64,000 nucleotides of DNA from Laetmonice hystrix (taxonomy: Eukaryota), in NCBI GenBank assembly GCA_965235115.1, contig OZ249436.1:39992001-40056000 (forward strand). The letters run 5' to 3'. The notes beneath the pieces are model-generated. The model ran no database searches, was not told the DNA's origin, and saw only the letters and a list, made by a program, of their open reading frames with translations. Of this stretch, positions 50,995-64,000 are shown piece after piece. Within the stretch, counting starts at the first letter, position 1. The number at the start of each line of letters is the position of its first letter. The position numbers and the translations under genes are program-made.

Positions 50995-52760
50995 CGTCTT
51001 TCTTTCATTATTCTGAAAAATAGCAAAGATACACACTCCGTATACTCCGTCTATAGGGATTCCCTCTGCAAATTTTGGTGAAGATTCTTATAAAACTGAA
51101 GGAGGAATAGCGACTTTGTCTCTTTTTGTACCTTTGACCCAAATCTGACAAAGGACAATGGTCAGAGGGCAAATGTATGTGAAAAGTTATAGCAGTCCGG
51201 CAGTAAAATGTTTTTTTTCACATAACCCCTTTTGTTAAAGTTTTTTCTCACTTGATTCTGGTACCTTGGGGACTTTTTCACTTTCGGCTCCCATTGTGGC
51301 GGCCATCTGGGATTTAAGTGTTAAAGGAGTGCTACGATGTGAGTTTTTCTTTTTCCATTGGATTCCCTGTCCCCAAAAACCTATACTTAGATACCAAAAT
51401 CAGCTTTCTACGTGATATAGTTGAGAAGTTATAAGACTTTTTCTCTCTTGGGCCCCACTGTGGCGGCCGTAAATCCCGTAAATGCTCCCAGCACTCCAAT
51501 GCATCACAGATAAAAATTCTACGCTGAGATCTAGTCCTAGGTACTAATATCTCGTTCATGTTTCCTGTGTATTTTAGCTGAAGTAATTTGCTGTGCCCTG
51601 TGCGTGGCATGTTGCCTCTTCAACCGTTGCCGAAAATAGCCTAATGCGGACGAATGTCTGTTTATATTACAAGCACCTGTTGGGGAATCCCCCCCCCTTT
51701 CCGCGTGGGGCGAGACAATCGGAACGACCGAGCCATTTCCGGTTTACTTTCCTTTCGGGAACTGGACTCGGACAGTGAAAGCGCCATCTTGCTTTGCTGA
51801 GGTCACCAAACTATTTTCAAAATGTAAACACAGACATGTGTTCGGGGGCATAGGGGGGCGACAACGCGTATATAGGCCTAATTAAGAATTCCAGTCAAAT
51901 CGTGACACGGTCGAACCGTCACACTGTGTAAGTCAAACCGCCACAGTTAGCAGATCGTCACAGTCCGGCGAGTCCCCGGCGGTCAGCCCGTCACATCATC
52001 ACTGCCATCATCCACAGGTGCTGTGGCCTCGAAGTCTCACCCTCAGTCCTCACTATAAAATACGGTACATATGACTACCTACCGAAAGATTAGTTTATCC
52101 TGGCTACACTGGCCGTTTTAGCCGCAAATATTGTGGACTTTCTACCGCCCCCTCCCCCTGCGCGGCCCACGCAGCACCCCGGCAGGATGGCCGATGCGAT
52201 GGGGCCAGCCCGGCCGGGCTGCTGCCACTGCCGTGTAACGTCCGAGCACGCCACACCGCCCGGGTTCCCAGTGCCTCACCTGCCATCACCATGCACCCGC
52301 CCCGTCAAAGACTTAGCATAAATTAGGCTCTCTTTGCCAAGGTGACTTGATTAGGTATCGCCATGCCTAGGCTATGGCTATGTCTATGACAATGTCATCG
52401 TCGTGTGCATCGATCGTCGTGTGGCTGTGGGCGCCGCCATTATGGTAAAAGTCGGACTACAAAAATCGTATTGTAACATCAAATTATGTGAACATGTCAC
52501 TTGTTTGCTCATTATCAACACGTACAGTCGGTGAAATCTTGTTTACAATGCACACAACACCTAAAACAGTACGTCTGTTGACTGCACTACTTTTTCAATC
52601 GGCCGAATCAGAGAGCACATGGCCTATCCGGCGGATTCCCGTTAAATCCACGTAAGATCTGTACACTTTCACTGTCCGAGGCCTGCTTCGCCCCGGATAT
52701 GCCAATACCTAGAAACAGCCAATCAGAAGCAGCGTCGTTCGTTCCGCGTGGGGCGAGAGC

Positions 52761-54258
52761 CATTCGGGACTCCCTCGGGCATATGACGTCACTTCCTGCT
52801 ATTCGAATATACCCTCGGGTGGAATAGCGGCCATGTTTGGCAACCAGATACACGGCCAAATGGAGGTGTGTAGCGAGGCACTGAGTGAACCGCCATATCC
52901 CATCGAGCCAGGAAGTAGTGCATTATTGACACCTGCTCCTTCGGCGTTGTATGTGCAAATATAAATTTCTGGTATGAAGGGGAACGTTTGAAGAAGAAAA
53001 ATGAATCACCCAATTTACCTAAATGGGCGTCAATATGGTAATTTATCAAATTCTGGGAAGCAATATGGCCGCGCCCATGTACGACACATTCGGAAAACCT
53101 CGGCCCAACTTCCGGTCGCTTCGCTGTAGTTGTGCTCGGACACCCCTCGACGCATTGATATACATGGATTCCATGTATCGCCCCAGTGCGCAATGACACA
53201 AGACTGGCATAGGTAGTGAGATGCCGGCAGAAATTGAGTCCCTTCTATAGTGGTTAGAGCCTCTAATAATGGTGTTAGTAAACTCATATAGACCAGATAT
53301 CATTATAAAGTTGTTGTTATGTTAACAACTTTGACCAAACATAGATCAATCGAATAAAATGACCAGGCCACTTCGCGACAGCTCTGCAGGGCCGCACGGG
53401 TGGCTCCCGGTGGGGACAGCTAGGGCTGCCCGGCAGTCCGCGGGCTGGGAGTCGCCCTGGCTCATAATATTGAACCACTTTGAGTATGGATTTGCCGTAT
53501 TATTTGCCTTGATTTGACTCGATTCAACACAAGGGTGTTCAACATAACGCTTAACATGAGAGTCAAGTCGTCAAAATGAACCGTCACAATCCCGTAAAAT
53601 GAAAGAAGTCAAACCGTCACAGAAAAACGGGTGTGACGATTCAACGGGGGCGTGTAACGGTTTGACAGGCTAACTTGATTCGACCCTCTTATCGCACGGA
53701 TCATACATGCTAAATAAGGAAAAGTCCACGTTTTCATGGCTAAATGTCATTGTCAAGAAAGGCTACAATCCGTGACAAATTCGGTTTCAGTTTTTTGCCA
53801 ACACTAACGAAGAAAGCCGTCTATTGACAGCACCACAGCCCAGACACTAGCGAGTGGCGGCCATTGTTGTTTACATGGGACGCTACGACAATAGTGCGCT
53901 GACCCCATCTGACCCAATATGGCGACCTCCGATTGGTATCCGAGTCTCTCTACATCGTAAAGGGCTCGGTGTTCCGAATGATGTACGACACTGGCCCGAC
54001 ACATGGTAGGACTACTTGTAATCATGTTGTAATTTAAGTTGTATCATGACATGGTACTATTGTAATATTGTCCACTGACTTCGGGGAAAGCATTGTAGGC
54101 CTATTTTAGTTGCTTCCATGCCTGATGCAGACAAAATACTGCAAGCACTGCCATGCTGTCGAGAGTCCCGGCTAAATGTACCCGTGATGCAATGCTCAAA
54201 AAAGGCACCTATTTCACCCGAGGCTACTTTCGAAGATATGGCCAAGGATTCCCGAATG
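52761..54258 (-). mobile_element. CATTCGGGA-terminal element with 9-bp TSD, copy 2 (longer, inverted)
   Basis: Both arms are reverse complements of 46972-47530; flanking GGCGAGAGC (52752-52760, 54259-54267). Confidence 0.88.
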
Positions 54259-54479
54259 GGCGAGAGCGTGAGAATGCACAAGATAGGAAGTGATGACGTC
54301 ACGGTCGGGTTTTAAACAGGTCGACTTTCGGCGAGCCGCCGTAATTTGCGAGGCAAAAGAGTCCCAAGTTGCCACTCAAAAGTCTCCGTTATTATGATTC
54401 ATTCGCCGGGTATCAGGCCAGTTCCTTGTTAAATAAGTTCAAATGATATCGTTAGGGTTGGACAGAACCAGTTAGTGAT

Positions 54480-54628
54480 TCTCAAAGTGCGTGCACCTCT
54501 ATCCTGCTTAGTAATAGACGGTTCAGTTATTCAAACGGTCGACATAGCCAAAATTTTAGGGGCGACAATTTCGACTAACTTGACTTGGAACACCCCTGTA
54601 GACAACATTGCGGGCAAGGCGGGGAAAG
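54480..54628 (+). pseudogene. Small LINE (CR1/L2-group) ORF2 fragment
   Basis: LVIDGSVIQTVDIAKILGATISTNLTWNTPVDNIAGKA resembles the post-RT K.LG..I...L.W..H motif. Confidence 0.65.
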
Positions 54629-54737
54629 GCAAATTTCGGCCGGCGACGTGCCCTAGATCGACTGATTGTGAGAGAGGTATAAAAGCGGGAGAGCCAGGAA
54701 GATTGGTTCTTCTTGAATGCAGACGGTCAAGCCTCTG

Positions 54738-55002
54738 GGCCCGGTTTTTTTGTTTACTTTTCCACCGTGAGCAAGGGTGAGCTGAGCTGAGCAAGGGTGA
54801 GCATGAGCTCATTCTCACCGTTTTCGTCTTTTTTGGGGTTCCTTTTTTCATGAGGCGTGCTCATGGGGAGCAAGCTCACGGAAAAAAAAACCAAAAAAAA
54901 CGAAAACAGTGAGCAAAACGGTGAGCATGAGCTTCTGCTCACCCTTGCTCAGCTCAGCTCACCCTTGCTCACGGTGCAAAAGTAAACCAAAAAAAACGGG
55001 CC
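54738..55002. mobile_element. Palindromic Harbinger-type MITE
   Basis: Long IR with GTGAGCAAGGGTGAGCTGAGC motifs; CTG on both sides. Confidence 0.88.
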
Positions 55003-55302
55003 CTGGTCCCCTCCTCCCACCTAGGAAAGGGGAGGGGGGTTAGACGGGGACCAGAGGAGGGAAAATTATTGGGAATTCGAGATAAAATGCGTCTGGCTTG
55101 GTTCTGGTGTTTTATTGGTGTCCAGTTGCGGAGACGGCGTCTCGGGCCCCAAATTATAGTGCAGTTGAGAGAGAGTATTTGGAAGTTTGCCGCTGTGTGT
55201 ATTTGGACTGAACGCAGGTTTCCCTCTACCTGAAGCGTCAGGGAGGATTTGTCATCAACTGGGACGATTGTGGTCAGGCATACTTGTGTGATAAAGCTGG
55301 TA

Positions 55303-56322
55303 ATTATTATTATTTTTTTTTTGTTAATCATCTTTATTCAGGAAAATACCACTCGGCTTATATGCCGTAACAACTGTGGTGTCCTGTAAACATACATCTT
55401 CCTTCCCGTGACGTCTCACAACTATACAGCATGCTTAAACATTGATAACTAATGTTTCCAAAAAGAACATTCGCCTGTAATATAGCTTAATTTCTCGTTT
55501 GAATTCATTCTTATCAACAATACATCTGAAATAAACCAGTAAATTATTCCAATGCACAGCTCTAGCATAACAATTAGATTTCTTGGGCTTCAGTTTTGGG
55601 CATAGGTACTATTAACAATGTACCATCATGTAATCTGGTTCTCACTTCTCTGTGATCAATCATTAACTCATCCTCGCATAACTCATTAAAAGTATTTTTT
55701 TGTAACATTATCCATTGTCGGTATTTACATGGCAATAACTTAGCTTCGATATGCCAATTAACAGTACTATATCGGGTATCTTTGTTGAGAGCAATTCTTA
55801 AACCATTATTTTGAACGACCTGTAGTTTTTGCTTAAATATTTCATTATGTCCCATTAAATATGTTGCCATATTCTAGATACGGTAAAATCATCGATATAT
55901 GATGAGTTCAGTTTTCTGGTTAATACATTTCCTGATTCGTGATAACATATGGCTTGCTTTCTTAATATTACTCTTAATAATATTAAGAGTAATATTAAGA
56001 AAGCAAGCCATATTATTATTATGATCATTAAATTGTAGTTTCTTATCGATGGTAATACCAAAATATGAATAGTTATGGAGGAATTCAAGTTGTACACCGT
56101 TTACTTTTAAATCTAATATTCTATCTTCCTCCTGTATACTCTTCCCAAATTAAATACACATTTGGTTTTATTTAAATTCAATGTAAATTTGTGATAGTTG
56201 AACCAATCAACTAAACCATTAAGATCTAGCTTAACTTGCTCTAAAACATCAGTTAGATTTTTTCCATGTGCCAATGTAGTGTGATCCGCAAACATAGAGT
56301 TTCTCAAAACTAGTTCACTCAA
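55303..56322 (-). mobile_element. 5'-truncated LINE (CR1/L2-group) with decayed RT C-terminus and 3' tail
   Basis: SMFADHTTL..DLNGLVDWFNYHKFTLNLNKTK; KLQVVQNNGLRIAL; minus strand ends AATAAA..(A)n(ATA)n. Confidence 0.85.
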
Positions 56323-58249
56323 ATCCCGCTATGCCAGCGGTGAAAGCCCACTTCCGCGGACACTAGGACTTCCGGTGTCAACACCCAGTACGACACACCG
56401 CCGCTCTCTTTCCAAGTATATGATCGTCGGGCTCGCTATAGACATGCTCTACCTCGGTTGCCAGTGAAACAAGTTTCCCTTATAATGGTCTTCTTGTTGC
56501 ATAGCAAACCTCTTTCTGCCAATCAGACAGACTTGGTGACGATTTACTTACCCGTCGTCCGTCCCGTATTCCTGTCCATCTACCTCACAAAAAGGATTAA
56601 AATGATCCAGAAAGAGAGCGGTGCGCTCGATCTTCACCGGTATGACGTTTGGCTATCTGTGGACATTTTAACATCTCTAATCATCAAACGTCTGGAACTC
56701 AGCAGGAAGGAAAACAAAACTCGCTTATTCCATCATGGTGCTTGAATAACTGTAAATTATAATGGCCCTTTAAATTATTGATTTTGTGTTCTTAAAATGT
56801 TTCCCTTTTAACTGTATATTCTTACTCTCATATGCTTCTTGTGTTTATTCTTACGACGTACTATTTATATGAAATTCAACTTTTTTATTATTTTTGCAAA
56901 CAAACACACTTTTTATCATATGTCATCTATTATTCACATTTGGCAGTGCATACATTTTGATTTAAGTATTTTTTTCATATAAATATGTTTTTATGGTCCC
57001 CTCGAACTTCGAAGCGCATTTAGTAATTTTGAAAATTTTGACGGGCCTTTGAGTTACAGACGAGAAGGAGATCAAGGGAACTGCTCCAAATGGGCGACAG
57101 ACTGCCCGACCGGCGACGGACAGTCTGTCGCTTGGTTGCAGGGCCTGCTATTTTTGGTCCGTCGCTGGCCGGAGAGTCTGACGTGCTTTTTGAAACAGTG
57201 GAAAGTTAGAGGAAGCCAACCTGGGTAATCGTAGCCAACCTGGGTAATTGTTAGATTAATAAGCCCGAGCACCATCTGCGTACGTTTTAATGGCATTTAA
57301 CACAATGTCTCTTCCTGTCTGCTAATGGTTTCTCGATCATTATTACGGCGCGTCTTCGCCAGAATCTGACGTAAATATGGGAATAGGCGTAAATCCATAA
57401 GGCATAAGTCCTTGCATCCGGTCATAAGTTTGTACAGACTGTACGTCCATCTAATAACATGGTCTATGTTCATTCGGAAACCCTCGGGAAAGTCCGCCAG
57501 CTGGGTTCGGATTTTCACCTCGGGAGCAATGGACAGATTTGTGGGAGTTTGTGATGCGGCGCGAATGAATACTAAAGAGGATGAGGATGGGATGGAGATG
57601 GTCAGCTGAGACCGATCAGATTACGGTCAGGATCCTCTGATTAAGATTACCCTCCCAGCGACCGTGTAGAGGGGTGGGTACGTGTGTGTGTGTGTGCGTG
57701 TGCCGGGTCGGGGTGGAGTGGGTAAGCAGGCAGGGGGCACAGTGCGCGCTGACCGAGTAATCCCGACAGCGTAATGGCAGCCGTTGAGGAGTGTTTGCAT
57801 TATGCACTTGAAAACTGTCCGATATAAAGTAGGCAACTACTCGTAAATTCGGCGTTATAAAGGGGTTTGACGAATTTTAAGAGTTACATGGAATACGCTT
57901 TTAACCGGAAGTTTGAACACTTTCAAACGCGTGAAAAAGTCGCGAAGAGCAGGTCGAACCCGAGAGATCGATCTTCGAAGGCCTAGATCTACATGAGAAA
58001 TAAGTAGTTGAACCTCTCTCGTTAATATATTAACGAAAGATGACATAACGTATCACATTTGATGATATTTTTGATTTATCAGTACAATTATACCCGTTCA
58101 TGATGAGGCAACCTTGCGACAGTGAGCCATCACGATTCACGACCATGAGGACTATGTTACGTGTATGATGTGGTGTAGGTAGGTCAAGTGGGACCTGATT
58201 ATCTGGTTTTCACTGTTCTAGCCAGGTGTGATCCTTGCGATGATCAACA

Positions 58250-58505
58250 GATTAAATAGAATTATAAATTAGAATTAGAAATAGAATTAGAATAGAAATA
58301 GAATAGATTTATTAATTAACTATAGATATACTATAAATATAGATATAATAAATATAGATATAATATTAATTAAATATAGAATATAAAATTATAGAATTAT
58401 AGATTAATTATAAAATTAATTAAATGAACATTAAGTATAAAATTAAGTATAGAAATAAAATTAATATAGAATTAAATATAGAATTAAATATAGAATTATA
58501 GATAT
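58250..58505. repeat. AT-rich low-complexity (TAGAAT/ATAAA-like) tract
   Basis: Nearly C-free degenerate short repeats. Confidence 0.8.
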
Positions 58506-59276
58506 GAAAAATGAAACCTGGATAATTGTGTACCTATTTTTGTAATCAAGTTTTTCCTTTTAATGTGCTGGGAGGTCTGTCATGGTAGGGGACAAAACGT
58601 TTATTCCTCTAAGGGATAATTTTTGCTTTGATTCAAGTTTGCTTTGAATGGGCTTGGAGGCCTGTCGTGGCTTGAGACGAAAGGTGTATTCGTCCAAGAA
58701 ATGGCCAGACAACATCATGGCCATTTCACATCTTATCAGTTACGTTCGTGGGTATCGTGACTGGATACTGAATGGATGTGACCTTTGTAATAGGCCTACA
58801 TTAAAATCTATCTGAAAAAGACTGGACGTGATTTGTATTTATTTAGACTACACGTAATCCATAAAAATGACGCTCTCTGTTTCAGGTATATAAGTCCCCC
58901 TTTAAAGTACTTGACTGCGTTCTCTTGGTTCAGAAAAGAAATTATAACACCTATTTACAAATGATAACGAGTTTCTGACGAATTTTTGACGAATTGACGA
59001 GTTTACCTTCGTCAGACAGGGCGTTCTGAGTACCCAAAACTACGCATTTTTGGGTGATTGGATTGAGTAGGCAAAACTACTCAGATTGACGAATATTTAA
59101 GTATTTTTGCCTGCTGAGATTTTCTGTGTACGCACAAGTGCTCGTAAGGCCGGGACTCCATGTGTACGGAATGCGTGATGCGTTGTGCGTGAAGGTGTGC
59201 GGACTGCGGCCTGCGGCCTGCGGTGCGTGTTCCGGAAAAAATCGAACACCGAGCGATCGGTCCGTGCACGCTTTAA

Positions 59277-59936
59277 AGGCCTGTTCAGACTTGTGGCGCG
59301 GTGCGGCGCGGTTTTAACCGCCCCTAAACGCTCCCAATGTTAAGTAATGAACGTGTTCAGACTTGCGGTGCGGTGCGGTGCGGCAGGACGCGGTATGACG
59401 CGGCGAGCGATTCTCACCGCCCACTAAACTCTCCTGCAGTATTTTTCCGCGTTGGTTCGCTTGCCGCGTGAGGATTCCGGAAGGAATACCCCCCTTGTGA
59501 CGTCATTGTCGGCCCACCGGACTGATGAGGGTTGGTTTTTGGTAAAAATTCTCTGCCTGAAGTGAGAATTATCGGGCAATGGCCGACGGACCAGCGTTAA
59601 GGTCGAACACTGTGTTTATTGTCGGGTATAATAACAGGCATTTGTTCATTAGGCAGCAATGAAAGTAAGGGACTCTTGTCTGTAAACATTGGTTAATGGG
59701 ATGCACCCACCATCTTCTGGGTCTTTTCAACCCACGATAGCTAGCTATCATGCACAAGAAATATTCTTCTTCCTCTTCTTCGTCAAGGTGGCTGTCATGC
59801 AGCAAGACGTCCATTATCTTTGAGGTCTGAAGGACACCTGAGTACGACTGGTGTCCTTCAGTACGTCATTTCCTGAAATTTCTACCCATCGCACCGCGCC
59901 GCGCCGTGCCGCGCCGCGCTATGTGTGAACAGTACA
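59277..59936 (-). mobile_element. Harbinger deletion derivative with transposase N-terminal remnant
   Basis: TAA-AGGCCTGTTCAGACT end with GCGGT/ACCGC subterminal repeats; minus-strand EEEEEE..KRPRRWWVHPINQ typical of Harbinger transposase N-termini; right boundary approximate. Confidence 0.7.
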
Positions 59937-60524
59937 TATTTTGAAGTGGACAAGGCATTCGCATCGTCGCAGCGGTGGTGCGTTGCGTAGACGCAGAGAT
60001 GTGCGGTGGCTTGCGGCAATATCAGAAAGTTTTGATATTACCGCATTCATATGCGACGGCCGCAAGCAAAAAATTTCGATTTTCGATTAACGTCGTCGTG
60101 TGAATATGCAGGCAGCAAGAGCAGCTGCAGCGGTTACCACCACGAGTTTGTCGCGTTTCTCCATGATGGCGGATGGACTTATGAGCATGTGACGTTCACG
60201 TGATCAAACGTAGGCGCCAGATTTAAAAATGAAAATCTGTGCTGCCACCCATGCTCGCACGCACGCAAGGTAGCAATGGACAAGGGCTTCACAAGTGTGT
60301 GCGTGCGTCTAACAGACGCACTGATAACTGTCTGCGGCAAAATAATCGCATCGCAAGAGCGCCGAGCGCCGCCCTCAAGCAAATTCAGTGGACAAGGCCC
60401 TTAAGGCACGTAAGAGATCGGAGAGCGTAATCCACTTCCGTCCTGTTGCGCGGTCCCGATTTTGATGAGGACGTAAGGGGGAAATCAGAATGATCAGAGC
60501 GTAAGTGGATCACACGCTTAATTT

Positions 60525-61250
60525 AGACCCCAGTCACACAAGAGATACGAGCAACTGCCGACTTCTGGCAATCCCAAAAAAAAAACTGCGACCAACGACA
60601 ACCACTGCCGACCAAAATCCCCAAACTTGCCATAAATTTAATTGGGCGAGTACGGCAGGTTCCCGAGTGTCGTACGAAAAGTGTCCGTTCAATAAAAATT
60701 ATTGAAGACTGATGGGCAACCACTAGTTGGAATGTTGCCAAATAATCGGCAACTGGTCGGCGATTTATCGGCGATAATGAACAACTAGTTGCAGATTAGC
60801 TGCCGATATTCGTATGGCCCTCGGCAGTCTCTCAAAGAGTACTACATGTATAGGGGGTATATGGGGCTATATTATAGTATTCCACAAGCTGTTGAGGACG
60901 AAACATCCCAACATGGTTCTGCCATTTTAACCAAGACAACTCCAGATGCTCCAAAAAATGCTCGGCAAAGCCAGCAGACAGTCTGAGACCAGTCCGAGAA
61001 ATGTCGCCCAGCCTCGGACAAACGATTAAAGACAAGAAAAACCTTTTCCCGACCAGTTTGGTCTGCAGAAGGTTTTCGATGCAGCAGCATAAACCTCCAG
61101 CCGACCAAAATGCTCGAACAACCACTAACCGAACACTGTTAAACCTTTTACAGACTGCCAAAAACCTGCATACAACCTCTGACAACCAACTACCGACCAG
61201 TGGTTGTCAGAAGTTGGCAATAGGTCGTACCTCCTGTGTGACTGGGGTCT
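60525..61250. mobile_element. Harbinger-type MITE
   Basis: AGACCCCAGTCACACA / TGTGTGACTGGGGTCT with extended imperfect IR. Confidence 0.85.
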
Positions 61251-62049
61251 TAAGGCAACTGCCCCAAGCTGATTGTAGGCCTATACCGCACCTATATCTT
61301 AGTTGTTACCCTGACGTGTGTTGGGTCTTACTTGTAAAATGTACTTAGGAATGGGTTTCTTTATATTAGGTGCCAGTGGTAGTTTGTAGAAATCCGAGAA
61401 CCAGATATTTCTAACGCCAGGAAATACACGGGTGGAAAATACAGGTATAGATCTAGGCAAGGGCCTCTCGGGTATCATATTTCTTCATGGTCAAAACTGG
61501 AAATTGGTTCCGCGGGGAGAAGCTATGTGATTTGTGTTAGAGATAAATGGGAACAGGAGGAATAGGGGGTATATTTTACATTTTAGGCAGGATGATTGGA
61601 TGTAGTGGGTTGCTGGTCTTGAATTCAGTTTCCTGACGCCATTGATGCCTGTCAGCTCCAAAGATTTGCTGTTTACTTTGCTTTCGGGAACTAGACTCGG
61701 ACAGTGAAAGTGTACAAAGTTGACGGTCATATGCCGGGAATCCGCCCGATATGTGGTGTGCTCTTTGATCCGGTCGATTGAAAATGTAGTGTCGTCGACT
61801 GACCAACTGTTTTAGGTGTTGTGTGCATATAAACAAGTTTTCCCTGACTGTACATGTTGATAATGATCAACAATGAGTTTTGTGACGTCAGCCAAGCAAG
61901 AGGGCGTTCTTATTATTCGAAATGGACTCGGACGTTCTGATTGCCTGAGCAAGTGTGCCTGGCTCGAAGAGAAACTGCGTATGTCGTCACATTTTCGTGA
62001 GTGGATGATTGTTTTTTACATGGTTATGAGGTGCAGGTTTGCTTACCAA

Positions 62050-63090
62050 ATTTTGCAAGAATCACGAGTAAAAAGATGGCGTTTGGGGTAAATCTGGTAA
62101 GATTACATATTTCTGTGCAGCTAGGGTGAGACAGAACCAGTGTGATACTGGCGAAAATTCGGGATTAGGATATTATGGAGCCTGACTACTATGTCCTCGC
62201 CGTGCTCGCGAGGTAGATGGGATCATGTTGGCACACATCCAACGACGGGTGGGTTTGACACGTGCATTTCTTTACGGAAAAGTCACTAAACATAACTTCT
62301 GTGTCAGAGTTGCAGCGAAAACAGGGATTTGTACGCACTTGGCGAAGTCGCTCAACCGGGCCCTGGAGTATTTTGCGAAATGGCCAAGCCATGTAACAAT
62401 AAGTTTCGAATCCATATAGCCAGATCCCTTTGCATTTACATGACCTTCGGGCGCAGGTGGCGTGTTCTTCATGAGGGCTTCAATCGTTTTCTGGGGAAAA
62501 CAAAGCTGCGTTTATACTGTGATGTTTTTCACTCGTTCACCAACTGTTGCTTTACGGACTTGTTTTGTTCCCTTTGTGTAACCAAATTTTCCAGGCTGGA
62601 CTACGTTGCTAATACCTTTTTCATCGGCATTCCACAGCCTGTCAAATATCGTGTTATCAAACTTCATGTCATCTAGGATGGTCTTATTCTTGTAAAAAAA
62701 CAGTCTTGCAGAAACTTTGTTGACTCCTTCAATGCGCCCCAGGCTTGTCCCTATAGGGACACGAATGGAAAGCTGCTGTTTCAATAAAGTTTGCTAGCCA
62801 GTCTTTTCCAGCCATCATTTCTCCAGCCAGAGAAAGTGTGCGGTAGGCCTGCATTCAACGAGAAGAAAAGCAAGGCGGGGAACCTCTATTGGTGTCAGGT
62901 AGTACATTCTCTTTTCCATTAAAAGTGTGTAGCGTCTCAGCTCATCCTCAAATGCAGGCGGAAGTGCGGTCGGCTTTTGTCCGAGTATGATTTTCCCTGG
63001 CTTTCGGACTTTACAATCTCGGTGCCTCCTCAGCGTTTTCGCTGGAATATTTAGCTCCTTGGACACGCTTTTGACAAATGACAATGACCA
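62050..63090 (-). pseudogene. pogo-like (Tc1/mariner superfamily) transposase pseudogene
   Basis: KSVSKELNIPAKTLRRH (psq-like HTH), LPPAFEDEL..LTPIEVPRLAF and AGKDWL (CENP-B/Tc5 HTH), LWNADEKG..GERVKNITV and SGYMDSKL..WLGHF (DDE_1); split by frameshifts. Confidence 0.88.
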
Positions 63091-64000
63091 CCAGAAAGCA
63101 TGATTGTATTTATTCGATCCACACAGTATGGAATTTGAACTGATATTTTGGATAGGTCATTCCATGAGTCATGATGAGATGTCATGGTGATAAATAGACC
63201 GAGGGCCTACTTCATTTTCTTCCTCACTGAGGCAAAATCATTTTTAATTTAGTTACAAACTTGTCTTTACAAAAAGTTTGTGTTAAAATTGGTTGGGCTG
63301 TCATGTGGGCAGTGATGTAGGCAATCGGGGACCACAATCTGGGTCCCAAGTGGGGGGGGGGAGGGCACATGCGCGTTACCAATTTCGCGGGAAAGGAGTT
63401 TATTTTTGCAAAGCCCGCACCTTCGCGAATCCAAGAAAAAGGTTTCTTTTTCACGCCATTTTTTTTATTTGGGGATGTCATAGATTCGTGAATGAATTGA
63501 TATTTCGAGTCTATGCCTGAGGCCAATGAACAAAGACTTACAAGTTTAGTGTTTTGACTGATGGCTACTTTGTCCCGACTGTATACCATACTGCAGTATC
63601 AGTCATCTCAATGTTTACAAGCTCTTTGGAAATGAGAACTACTGGACTGTCCCAAGATCCAGTTAGTGTCCACTGGCGGATCCAGGATTTCACTAAAGGG
63701 GAGGGGGGCACAGAAAAGCAGTTCATAATTGTTTGCATTACTTATTAAAGCTCATGCTTTTGAATGAGAGTTTTAGAGGTATAGGCCTACATAATAGCTC
63801 GGGGTTTCCCTGAGATACACCGTTAGTGTTGAAATTTAAAATGAGTAGTCTATATCCGTGTATAGGCCTATAATTAGTGAAGCTAAAGGGGGGCATGTGC
63901 ACGTATATGTTTTTTTAGTCCAGTAAATATCTATAGATCCCAACGGTTGTGTTCATGTCATGTAACTCAGTCCATCGGCCTTCTTGGTATAATCACGTCT

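Noticed and set aside
60462..60490. Hammerhead-like TGATGAG...GAAA core (similar near 1105-1125 minus and 58100-58125)
   Set aside because: Stem II does not pair or core bases are wrong; the 60425-60517 context is better explained as a small inverted-repeat element

Overview
Eukaryotic (animal) genomic DNA. The receptor sequence and transposon landscape suggest a marine invertebrate, probably a lophotrochozoan (inference). The only intact host gene I can support is the 3' half of a multi-exon class A GPCR of the GnRH/AKH-receptor type on the + strand. Four GT-AG exons (15651-15855, 22663-22773, 23125-23188, 23374-23462) splice in frame to give ECL2-TM5-ICL3-TM6(CWTPY)-TM7(NPIVY). They are followed by two homologous, phase-compatible candidate last exons (25607-25764 and 26033-26397). 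Each encodes its own helix-8/cysteine cluster and a different C-tail, which is the most interesting observation here. The TM1-TM4 exons were not found and probably lie upstream of the window. The rest is a dense transposon graveyard: a decayed Gypsy LTR element in a receptor intron, PIF/Harbinger elements and MITEs, a five-level nest at 38-49 kb with reciprocal B-in-A-in-B insertion, 9-bp-TSD elements with CATTC termini, 5-bp-TSD hAT-like mini-elements, Kolobok- and Tc1-like MITEs, LINE fragments, a pogo-like transposase pseudogene and two minisatellites. All family assignments are by eye, with no database search.
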